Below are positions 19,650 to 27,007 of a stretch of 35,960 bases of DNA, piece after piece; position 1 is the first letter of the stretch; every line of letters begins with the position of its first letter. The notes below the pieces were generated by a model, which saw only the letters and a list, made by a program, of their open reading frames with translations, was not told the DNA's origin and made no database searches. The stretch is from a virus (taxonomy: Duplodnaviria; Heunggongvirae; Uroviricota; Caudoviricetes): the IMG/VR virus record IMGVR_UViG_2541047679_000003; one strand, 5' to 3'. The position numbers were made by a program, and so were the translations under genes.

Positions 19650-20191
19650 GTGGCAATCCCCAGAATCTCGCGACGAAGCGCCTGTACTGCGTCGCTTGAC
19701 AGTCCCCCCTTACGGGCAATTTTCTCGGCGTTGCTGGCTGCCTGCTGCGCTCTGGCCCGTACTTCAGACTGGAACTTTTTGAGGTTGACGGACGCGCGGG
19801 ACAGCGTAGCCACATTCTTCGCCACCTTCGACAGCAGGGCCACGCGTTCTTTAGGATCGACTTCGCCTTCTTCCGCCTCCTGCAACTGGACAATACTCTC
19901 GAACAGCTCGGTCTGAATAAGGGCTATCACAGCCTCCGAACGCGCATCCTGATCGTCTGCTGCGCCTTCGGTCAGCATGCGGGCCGCTTCTGTTGCCGCA
20001 CGGATAGCACCATAGCGGCGCTCAATCTTCTGTCCATAGCGATGGATAGCGGATTTGCTGATGACGTACCCCCGCTCACGCAACAGTGACTCCAGCTCGT
20101 TATACCCGCTGAAGCCGGATTCAGTCAGCGCCCGTTCAAGCCAGCGGCGCACGTCTTCCGGCAGCTTTTCTATTGTGCTGCGTCTGGCCAT
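19646..20191 (-). CDS. Mu gp27-like protein (putative small terminase/DNA-binding)
   Basis: 181-aa ORF, N-terminus MARRSTIEKLPEDVRRWLERAL..., immediately upstream of the large terminase. Confidence 0.65.
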   Translation of the reverse strand: MARRSTIEKLPEDVRRWLERALTESGFSGYNELESLLRERGYVISKSAIHRYGQKIERRYGAIRAATEAARMLTEGAADDQDARSEAVIALIQTELFESIVQLQEAEEGEVDPKERVALLSKVAKNVATLSRASVNLKKFQSEVRARAQQAASNAEKIARKGGLSSDAVQALRREILGIAT

Positions 20192-20502
20192 TATTCACTC
20201 CAGTACTTTTCCGGGCGGGCAATACCCGGACCACATTCCACGGTGTATTCCACCAGGTCTACGCCGAGGCGGGTCAGGTCAGCAAACCAGTCGCCAGAAG
20301 GTTTTTTCTCCAGCTCAACCATTTTACGGTCAGCCAGATAATCCAGTTCGCGGCGCAGTTCCAGCGGTGTGGTGTCCGGGTAGATGGCACGGGACACATC
20401 CAGCAGCAGCGTCTCGCTGGCGGTGTAAGGGCGGGTCTTGTTCAGGGCAACCAGCAGACTCCAGCGCAGGGATTCGCGGCGTACCCGGGTAATATCGACC
20501 AT
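20191..20502 (-). CDS. hypothetical protein
   Basis: 103-aa ORF between the lysis genes and the gp27-like gene. Confidence 0.45.
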   Translation of the reverse strand: MVDITRVRRESLRWSLLVALNKTRPYTASETLLLDVSRAIYPDTTPLELRRELDYLADRKMVELEKKPSGDWFADLTRLGVDLVEYTVECGPGIARPEKYWSE

Positions 20503-20828
20503 TATTGACCTCCGGTATTGCGGTACTGCTGTACCACTTCCAGTTTGTTATAAAGCGCGTCCAGTTTGGCCTCAATGACTGTCTGGCCACGGATATAATC
20601 CTCTCGACGGACATAATTCAGCGGTAAATCCGCTTTAAATCGCATAAATTCTTTTTCCAGCTCGCCCCAGTTGGAGGCGGATTGTTGCAGGGCCTGTTCA
20701 AGGGAGGCGAATCGTGCCGCCTGGCGTTCTTCTGTTTTACTGAACAACCATTTGGCGAGCCCTCCCACAAACCTCATGAAGGTGAGCAGAAAACTCACCA
20801 CCGTCCAGAATTCAACCTGCAGTGTCAT
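20502..20828 (-). CDS. small membrane protein (lysis-associated?)
   Basis: 108-aa ORF with an N-terminal transmembrane segment and a coiled-coil C-terminus, directly after the spanin genes. Confidence 0.45.
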   Translation of the reverse strand: MTLQVEFWTVVSFLLTFMRFVGGLAKWLFSKTEERQAARFASLEQALQQSASNWGELEKEFMRFKADLPLNYVRREDYIRGQTVIEAKLDALYNKLEVVQQYRNTGGQ

Positions 20829-21475
20829 TTCTGTAATCCTTCCCGTTCATCCAGCAGCGCGTTTATCTGGTTCCGCCAGCGACGACATTGCCATGCGTTG
20901 TCGATGATGTTGGCGAGAACGTCACGCTGGGAGACACCCGAATCGCGTAACCGGGTGTCAGTGGTTTCAGGTTGCCCGGTCGCTGTGCCAGAGCGGGTGC
21001 CAGTGGCGGCAACTGAGTCTGAATGACCGGTGTCGACGGATGCGTTGTCATATCCGAGTGCGGCGTTGTACTGGCGCACGAAACCGCGAGTAAACACGCA
21101 CTCAATGGGATGACTCTTACCTTTTTCATCAATCCAGCGCTGTGTGACATCGTTAATTTGCCCCTGTAGTTGTTTGTTCCGGCTCTCCAGTTGAGCAATC
21201 TGCTCAAGATAACCGGCTTCAGCCCGCTGCCCGGCGGCCACCTGCTCCTGATACCGTCTGGCCCAGGCCCGCAGCGCAGCATTCTCAAGCGTTGCCTGCT
21301 CCGTTTTGTACGCGTCAAATGCTGACTGCAACTGACTTAGCGCGGTATCACCGTCACGCTTTGCAGAGTCATGACCACTTCTGTATCCCATGGCATACAG
21401 GCCGACCAGAAAGGCATTGATAAGAATGGCCAGCAGAATGCCGCGCCACGGCAGCTTTTTAACCAGATGCCACAC
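20825..21475 (-). CDS. i-spanin (Rz-like), probable GTG start
   Basis: N-terminal TM segment (ILLAILINAFLVGLYAMGY), long coiled-coil periplasmic domain, follows the endolysin gene; GTG at 21475 preceded by GGGAGG; the ORF-track start overlaps the endolysin. Confidence 0.5.
   Translation of the reverse strand: MWHLVKKLPWRGILLAILINAFLVGLYAMGYRSGHDSAKRDGDTALSQLQSAFDAYKTEQATLENAALRAWARRYQEQVAAGQRAEAGYLEQIAQLESRNKQLQGQINDVTQRWIDEKGKSHPIECVFTRGFVRQYNAALGYDNASVDTGHSDSVAATGTRSGTATGQPETTDTRLRDSGVSQRDVLANIIDNAWQCRRWRNQINALLDEREGLQK
20863..21129 (-). CDS. o-spanin (Rz1-like lipoprotein) nested in the i-spanin gene
   Basis: Alternate-frame ORF starting MKKVRVIPLSACLLAVSCAS (lipobox-like) followed by a Pro-rich sequence, wholly inside the i-spanin gene. 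Confidence 0.45.
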   Translation of the reverse strand: MKKVRVIPLSACLLAVSCASTTPHSDMTTHPSTPVIQTQLPPLAPALAQRPGNLKPLTPGYAIRVSPSVTFSPTSSTTHGNVVAGGTR

Positions 21476-22199
21476 AACTGCTGCCTCCCCATGTGAGATA
21501 TCGCGGTGCCAGTTCGCGCAGGATGCGCTGCGGATAATGGCGGTTCTCCCGCCAGCTGGCCGCATTGCGTCCGGCATTCACCGTGGCGACATGTCCGAAC
21601 CAGCGGGTGCTGTCCAGACCTTTCTGTGATGCAAGCCGCCTGTCCCGTTGTACCCAGCCCAGACCACCGTTATAGCCCGACAGTGTCATGGCCATACGCT
21701 CGCAGTCACTGGCGGCGCTGACACGCTGCCACAGCCAGCGGTCATAGCTGACCAGCGCCCGGATAGCCCATGCCGGATTAAACGGCTCACGACTGCTCAG
21801 CATCGGTATCAACTGGCTTATCCAGTCGGCAGTGGCAGGCATGAACTGCGCCAGTCCCTGAGCGCCAGCCGGCGAGATCGCATCAGGTCGCCAGCCGCTT
21901 TCCTGATGCAGTTGCGCGGCGAAATCGGCCACCGGCGCAGACAGTCCCCATTCAAGCCGGGCATTACGGATCACATCATCGCGATACTGCAGCGCAGCCT
22001 GCGGAGGTTGTGCTGCGCATGCCTGGCTGAAAAAGCCGCCACACCAGAGCAACATTGCGACAAAGAATACCCATGCCATATGAACCAGAAAGGTCCCGGC
22101 GCGGACTGACAGGCGTTCGGTTCTGATGAAGACCCGAAAGGCTTCGAAAGCCAGTTTCAGGGACATGCATACAATCCAGGTGATCTGCGGCCAGTTCAT
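21459..22199 (-). CDS. endolysin, lytic transglycosylase (SLT domain)
   Basis: ...LHQESGW... and ...AQGLAQFMPATADW... SLT motifs; N-terminal hydrophobic stretches (possible signal-anchor); start is coupled to the upstream ORF stop. Confidence 0.75.
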   Translation of the reverse strand: MNWPQITWIVCMSLKLAFEAFRVFIRTERLSVRAGTFLVHMAWVFFVAMLLWCGGFFSQACAAQPPQAALQYRDDVIRNARLEWGLSAPVADFAAQLHQESGWRPDAISPAGAQGLAQFMPATADWISQLIPMLSSREPFNPAWAIRALVSYDRWLWQRVSAASDCERMAMTLSGYNGGLGWVQRDRRLASQKGLDSTRWFGHVATVNAGRNAASWRENRHYPQRILRELAPRYLTWGGSSCVASG

Positions 22200-22201
22200 G
22201 A

Positions 22202-22552
22202 TTAAAGCCCCATCGCAACAGCCAGGCAGACCGCTGCAACAATCAGTGCACGGCGGATTAACGCAGCAGAAAACACCAGGTGAAGGCCGGTCTGTACCGG
22301 GAAACGCCCTTCAGCCATCAGCCTGTCGTCATGTTTCAGGTACTGACCGGGACGGGCTTTGGGGAAGAGCGAACGGTCAAGCCAGTAACCCAGCACTGCT
22401 GCCAGCGTGATGAGTGCCAGCTTGTAGATCACAACAGGCAGCTGCTGTGGTGAGACCAGAGCGATGGTGCCCAGCAACAGCACTGAGGTCAGCAGCCAGC
22501 CGCTGAGGCGAGGTTTTTTAACAGGGGGAATGAATTTTTTCAGGTTTTTCAT
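22202..22552 (-). CDS. membrane protein (holin/antiholin-like) opening the lysis operon
   Basis: ATG at 22552 preceded by AAGGAG; 116-aa product with 2-3 predicted TM segments. Confidence 0.5.
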   Translation of the reverse strand: MKNLKKFIPPVKKPRLSGWLLTSVLLLGTIALVSPQQLPVVIYKLALITLAAVLGYWLDRSLFPKARPGQYLKHDDRLMAEGRFPVQTGLHLVFSAALIRRALIVAAVCLAVAMGL

Positions 22553-22612
22553 GTGTGTCTCCTTATCTGGTGGAGACAGCATCACAAATACAGGGCGCGA
22601 AGGATTTTAAAG

Positions 22613-22622
22613 CGCGTTAAGA
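22613..22622 (-). promoter_or_regulatory. candidate late promoter motif upstream of the lysis operon
   Basis: Minus-strand CTTTAAAATC about 50 nt upstream of the first lysis gene; shared with three other late-region gaps. Confidence 0.35.
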
Positions 22623-22682
22623 GAGCCGGGGATACGGGATGTGCAGGATAAACGATGAATTATTCACAGAGGAGAATACGAT

Positions 22683-23411
22683 ATGACGCAGACACTGAAT
22701 CCGGTCATCACTGTCACCGTGTCCGGTCCTGTGGGCAGCGGTAAAAGTTACGTACTGGCGCGAATAGAGGAAGTGGTGAAACAGGAATTCGGAAACAGCG
22801 TCATTGTCGACGCCGCAGACGTGGACGGTGAGCGCCGTATGAGTGGGGATGATCTGAGCACATGGCAGAAACCACGGGCTGGCACAGTGATCAGGCTGGA
22901 GGAATACACGGGACAGGGCCTGTTGTCATACGGCGAGGAGCGTATCTGTCGGACGAATGAGCTGCTGGATGTTATATGCCCCACGGGCCGGCAACCCTGG
23001 ATACTGCCCGATGCACTGCATGCCACCATTGCGGCACTGATGACAGTTTACGATCAGGAGCTGCTCATGAAGGAGTTACGTAAACTCACTGGTCAGTCAA
23101 CAGAATGTTGTTCGTCCCCGAAGTACGGCAAACAGGAACACATCCCGATTAACCAGCCTCCCCGGTTCTTCGACGAATACCTTCTGACACCGGAAAATAA
23201 AGCTGAGCATGAAGAGATCAAAGCGGCGTTGTTCCGGGAAATCAGGAAGATTGCTGAAATGCAACTGGAGGGCGGGCTGGACAGAGTGATGGCGAGAGGA
23301 GAATGGGCATCGCTGTTTGAAAGAGTTTCCCCGGAATTACTTCCCCTCGCACTGGCTATCGGGATTATGCAGACAGCGGATAAACCTCACTTACGTTCAT
23401 TAAACACGTAA
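22683..23411 (+). CDS. P-loop NTPase of unknown function
   Basis: Walker A GPVGSGKS at residues 15-22, candidate Walker B VIVDAAD; GAGGAG SD 9 nt upstream. Confidence 0.6.
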   Translation: MTQTLNPVITVTVSGPVGSGKSYVLARIEEVVKQEFGNSVIVDAADVDGERRMSGDDLSTWQKPRAGTVIRLEEYTGQGLLSYGEERICRTNELLDVICPTGRQPWILPDALHATIAALMTVYDQELLMKELRKLTGQSTECCSSPKYGKQEHIPINQPPRFFDEYLLTPENKAEHEEIKAALFREIRKIAEMQLEGGLDRVMARGEWASLFERVSPELLPLALAIGIMQTADKPHLRSLNT

Positions 23412-23791
23412 CGCATAATCCGGGATACGCATTCAGCGATGACTGCATTTTCACCGGTTTTTACTGCATCCAGAAGTGACTCTTTAAATGGTACGGGCCG
23501 GGGCTGCAGAAAGGTCGGCATGGCATTGAGCAGACAGAGCGTTTTTTCCGTGAGGACGACATCAGCCGCTCCCACAGCCAGCAACTGAGAGTAACGAATA
23601 TAGCTGTTATCCCGAAGCCATATCAGCGTATCAATAAAACACCGGCACTTTTTCTGGTCGTGATCAACCTGGTCCGGGATATCGAAAAAACCAGAATAAA
23701 TCAAAACCTGAGGTGCCGGATGCGTGTTCAGTAATCGGCAGAATATTTTGCCGGTGAGTACATAAAAATCATCATTTAAGGAGTGCATCAT
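23387..23791 (-). CDS. hypothetical protein
   Basis: 134-aa ORF filling an otherwise 378-bp non-coding gap; overlaps the 3' end of the P-loop gene and the start of the next ORF. Confidence 0.35.
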   Translation of the reverse strand: MMHSLNDDFYVLTGKIFCRLLNTHPAPQVLIYSGFFDIPDQVDHDQKKCRCFIDTLIWLRDNSYIRYSQLLAVGAADVVLTEKTLCLLNAMPTFLQPRPVPFKESLLDAVKTGENAVIAECVSRIMRYVFNERK

Positions 23792-24005
23792 GAATCCCCG
23801 ATTAACGTTAACAGAACATCAGCGCCGTGCTGAAGCAGTGAACAATGTTCTGGAAGATATTATCCGGTTATACCGCGGAGAACTGAGTGTCTGTCGTGCC
23901 GCTTTTCATTTTCAGGGAATACAAAAGCAGTTTGATACTTCTGTTTTTGCAGAAGGTATTACTTATGCCCTGGACCGGATAAGGTCAGAAAATCGCCCCG
24001 GATAA
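23790..24005 (+). CDS. hypothetical small protein
   Basis: 71-aa ORF with AAGGAG SD 7 nt upstream of the ATG. Confidence 0.35.
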   Translation: MNPRLTLTEHQRRAEAVNNVLEDIIRLYRGELSVCRAAFHFQGIQKQFDTSVFAEGITYALDRIRSENRPG

Positions 24006-24059
24006 TCCCTAAACCACATTAACAGAAATCCCGCCATCCCTGCCGCATCATGAAAGAAC

Positions 24060-24091
24060 GACCAGCCCGGCACCCGAAAGCCGGGCTGGTC
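24060..24091. promoter_or_regulatory. GC-rich stem-loop (12-bp stem)
   Basis: gaccagcccggc / gccgggctggtc inverted repeat with an 8-nt loop. Confidence 0.4.
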
Positions 24092-24148
24092 ATCGCCCCA
24101 CAGGAATGCGCTGTGAGCCGACCAAGGTTCAGTCAGTCTCGCGAGACC

Positions 24149-24176
24149 TGACCAGACTGCCATATTTTTTAATAAT
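24149..24176 (+). promoter_or_regulatory. candidate sigma70 promoter for dam
   Basis: TGACCA, 16-bp spacer, AATAAT about 20 nt upstream of the dam ATG. Confidence 0.3.
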
Positions 24177-24195
24177 TGTAAAAGGCTTGCAGATT

Positions 24196-24960
24196 ATGAA
24201 AATGCAGACATTACCCATCGTGCCGTGGATTGGTGGCAAACGCCGCCTTGCAAAACACATTCTGCCGCTGTTTCCGGCGCATGAATGTTATGTGGAGCCG
24301 TTTTGTGGGGCAGCAGCGCTCTATTTTCTTAAGACACCCGGCAAGATCGAAGTCATCAATGATATCAACGGTGAACTGGTGAATCTGTACCGGGTGGTAA
24401 AGCATCACCTGGAAGAATTTGTCCGCCAGTTCAAATGGGCGCTGGTCAGCCGTCAGATCTACAAATGGCTGCAGATCACCCCGGAAGAAACACTGACGGA
24501 TATCCAGCGTGCGGCACGGTTCTACTACCTTCAGAAGCAGGCGTTTGGCGGCAAGGTGGCAGAGCACAGCTTCGGTACCTCCACCACATCCCCGCCACGC
24601 TTCAACCTGCTACGTATTGAAGAAGAACTGTCAGCGGCACACCTGCGGCTTTCCAGAACAGTCATAGAACACATGGACTGGCAACAGTGCATTGAGCGTT
24701 ATGATCGTCCGCACACGCTGTTCTACTGCGACCCACCGTACCTGGGTACGGAAGGCTATGGTGTGGATTTTCCTGAAGGGAACTACTCGCGGCTGGCAGA
24801 GCTGGCCCGGTGCATCAGAGGAAAAATGATAATTTCGGTGAACGACATCCCGCAGATGCGCGAGGTGTTCACTGGACTGAACATACAGACAGTGAATATC
24901 AACTACAGTCTGGCGGGTAAACCCACGCCGCGCCGTGAACTGCTAATCTGCAACTTCTGA
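24196..24960 (+). CDS. dam: DNA adenine methyltransferase (Dam family)
   Basis: N-terminal ...PWIGGKRRL... AdoMet-binding region and catalytic DPPY motif (FYCDPPYLGTEGYG); ATG at 24196. Confidence 0.85.
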   Translation: MKMQTLPIVPWIGGKRRLAKHILPLFPAHECYVEPFCGAAALYFLKTPGKIEVINDINGELVNLYRVVKHHLEEFVRQFKWALVSRQIYKWLQITPEETLTDIQRAARFYYLQKQAFGGKVAEHSFGTSTTSPPRFNLLRIEEELSAAHLRLSRTVIEHMDWQQCIERYDRPHTLFYCDPPYLGTEGYGVDFPEGNYSRLAELARCIRGKMIISVNDIPQMREVFTGLNIQTVNINYSLAGKPTPRRELLICNF

Positions 24961-24966
24961 AACAAA

Positions 24967-24991
24967 ACCGGAAAGCACAATGCTTTCCGGT
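24967..24991 (-). terminator. rho-independent terminator downstream of the repressor gene
   Basis: accggaaagca / tgctttccggt stem followed on the minus strand by TTTTGTTTC; lies between the convergent dam and repressor genes. Confidence 0.5.
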
Positions 24992-25076
24992 AAACCAAAC
25001 AACTTCCACTATGTCACTGGCGATGTTTTCTGAAAGCATCCAGATCAACCACCTGTCCTTTGTGTCCGGGTCAGTA

Positions 25077-25433
25077 TCAGCCTGCGATTTTTCCTGGTTT
25101 TGGCTGAGTATAGAATCGCCCAATCTCAAGAAATGAGCGTTGTTGGTCTGGTGTCATGTCGTCAAAAGTATCTATTAGTTTTTGTTTTTCTGGGGAAATT
25201 TGATTCTGGTTTCTAGTCATACCATCTGTGCTCATTCCAGTGAGCAACCAATTTACATCAACATTAAACTCTTGATGCATCTTTAACAGAAACTCCCCTC
25301 CAGGCATCGCCTTTCCATTTTCAATCTGACTGATACCACCATTAGAAATACCTAAACGAGCTGCAAATTCTCTCTGGTTCAACCCTGCTTTCTTCCTCAC
25401 AGAAATAACGCGCTCTCCTATATCTTTGCTCAT
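25077..25433 (-). CDS. prophage repressor, HTH XRE family
   Basis: N-terminal helix-turn-helix (...LNQREFAARLGISNGGISQIENGK...), divergent from the early operon. Confidence 0.8.
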   Translation of the reverse strand: MSKDIGERVISVRKKAGLNQREFAARLGISNGGISQIENGKAMPGGEFLLKMHQEFNVDVNWLLTGMSTDGMTRNQNQISPEKQKLIDTFDDMTPDQQRSFLEIGRFYTQPKPGKIAG

Positions 25434-25450
25434 AAAAGTGAATCTCTATC

Positions 25451-25479
25451 TTGATATGCTCATAATTATGAGCAATAAT
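25451..25479 (+). promoter_or_regulatory. candidate early promoter (Pe-like)
   Basis: TTGATA, 17-bp spacer, AATAAT about 45 nt upstream of the ner-like ATG. Confidence 0.4.
25457..25474. promoter_or_regulatory. operator: perfect 18-bp palindrome TGCTCATAATTATGAGCA
   Basis: Read directly; lies in the repressor/early-operon divergent region and fills the spacer of a candidate early promoter. Confidence 0.55.
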
Positions 25480-25526
25480 CTAACACATATAAGGCAAACA
25501 TCATTGCATCAACAAAGGAGACAACG

Positions 25527-25715
25527 ATGACTGCAGAACAAGTCAAAGCTCTCTTCCGCCAGCGCGGGATCACTTTCACCCGCTGGGCAGAAGAAAACGG
25601 CTACAACCGCAATGAGGTATACCGCGTTCTCAACGGGCAGACCAAAGCCCGTTACGGTAAATCCCATGAAATCGCCGTGAAGTTGGGACTGAAATCAACA
25701 GCTCAGGCGGCCTAA
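25527..25715 (+). CDS. Ner-like small DNA-binding regulator
   Basis: 62-aa ORF with AAAGGAG SD, first gene of the early operon; residue pattern resembles Ner/Nlp-type proteins. Confidence 0.6.
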   Translation: MTAEQVKALFRQRGITFTRWAEENGYNRNEVYRVLNGQTKARYGKSHEIAVKLGLKSTAQAA

Positions 25716-25761
25716 ATATTTTGAGTCTTTGTAAAAGGTTATCACATATCGCAAAAGAGGT

Positions 25762-26076
25762 ATGCAGATGAGTAAGACGAATGTTTCAAGCTCCGGCAGT
25801 CGCATCCTCCGGGTACTCAAAGCGCTGCGCGGTCATGCCCTGAACGGTATTTCTAACGGTGAACTGGCGACAGCACTGCACGAGTCACCGGCAAACATCA
25901 ACCGGGCACTCAACACCCTCATTGAAGAAGGGCTGGCTCTGAAACTGGAGAACGGACGTTTTGCACCGGGCATCCAGTTACTGCAGATCGCCATGGCCCA
26001 CAGTAACGAGATGGCACGTGCACAGGATCGTATTAACGAAATTAACCAACGTGTCATTTCAGGTAGTCGTTTGTAA
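25762..26076 (+). CDS. winged-helix DNA-binding protein
   Basis: ...LRVLKALRGHALNGISNGELATALHESPANINRALNTLIEEGLA... HTH-like; the start may be the second ATG at 25768. Confidence 0.5.
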   Translation: MQMSKTNVSSSGSRILRVLKALRGHALNGISNGELATALHESPANINRALNTLIEEGLALKLENGRFAPGIQLLQIAMAHSNEMARAQDRINEINQRVISGSRL

Positions 26077-26086
26077 GGAGTAATCA

Positions 26087-27007
26087 ATGGGACGTACCAA
26101 ATCACCGATTAACACTGAACTGAACGCCGATGTACCGCTGTCGGATGATCTCAACGTCAGCCTGAATGCCATGACACAGCATCGCATGGAGATCATGCAG
26201 CAGTTTGGTGATGGACTGCCTTATGAACGTGAACGCATCGTTCACGAAGCACGTTTTTATATGGCGCAGAGTGCTGAATCTATGTTGGAAGCGGGTAAGC
26301 GGCTGATCATCTTAAAAGAAAATGAACCGCATGGTGATTTCACAAATATTCTGGAAAACGACCTCGGATTAGCACCACAGGTAGCTCGTCGCATGATGCA
26401 GGCCAGCGTGAAATTTCTCGGCAATGGAGATGAACAGCCAAAACGCTCAGCGCTGAGCGTTTTGGGAAAAACCAAGTTATATGAACTGATGGTTCTGGAT
26501 GACGAAGAACTCGACGCATTAGCTGATGGTGGAACCGTCGCCGGTGCAACGCTTGATGATATTGATCGCATGACCAGCCGCGAACTGAAGGCCGCCCTGC
26601 GTGAAGCGCGCGAAACCAACGCAGCTCAGCAACAGGTGCTTGCCGGAAAGGACGAAAAAATCAACGAACTGGCCACAAAACTGGAGAAGAAATCGCGCCT
26701 GCAACCTCCGCCGCCAGACGAAGAACTGAAAAAATTGCGGGCGGAAGTGACGGCATTAGCGGTTGAGGCCGAATCGGCTATCGCCGTCCGGCTGTCCAGT
26801 GTTTTTGAGACCCTGTGTGAATACTGCACCAAAAACATGATCGATACCCCCAGAGATTTCATGGCCGGTCTGGTCTGCCAGATTGAACGCAGTGTTCATG
26901 CATTACGTGAGACGTTTGACCTTGAGGCCGCTCCATCGGGTAACGATGCCCCCGCCTGGCTGACCGAACCGGAACCTGAAATCAACCGACCGGAGGATAT
27001 GCAGTAA
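26087..27007 (+). CDS. hypothetical early protein (possibly DUF3102-like)
   Basis: 306-aa ORF with AGGAG SD, acidic coiled-coil middle region; family assignment from memory only. Confidence 0.55.
   Translation: MGRTKSPINTELNADVPLSDDLNVSLNAMTQHRMEIMQQFGDGLPYERERIVHEARFYMAQSAESMLEAGKRLIILKENEPHGDFTNILENDLGLAPQVARRMMQASVKFLGNGDEQPKRSALSVLGKTKLYELMVLDDEELDALADGGTVAGATLDDIDRMTSRELKAALREARETNAAQQQVLAGKDEKINELATKLEKKSRLQPPPPDEELKKLRAEVTALAVEAESAIAVRLSSVFETLCEYCTKNMIDTPRDFMAGLVCQIERSVHALRETFDLEAAPSGNDAPAWLTEPEPEINRPEDMQ

Noticed and set aside
24899-25129. 76-aa minus-strand ORF spanning the dam/repressor convergent gap
   Set aside because: Overlaps the 3' ends of both flanking genes and the terminator hairpin; most likely non-coding.
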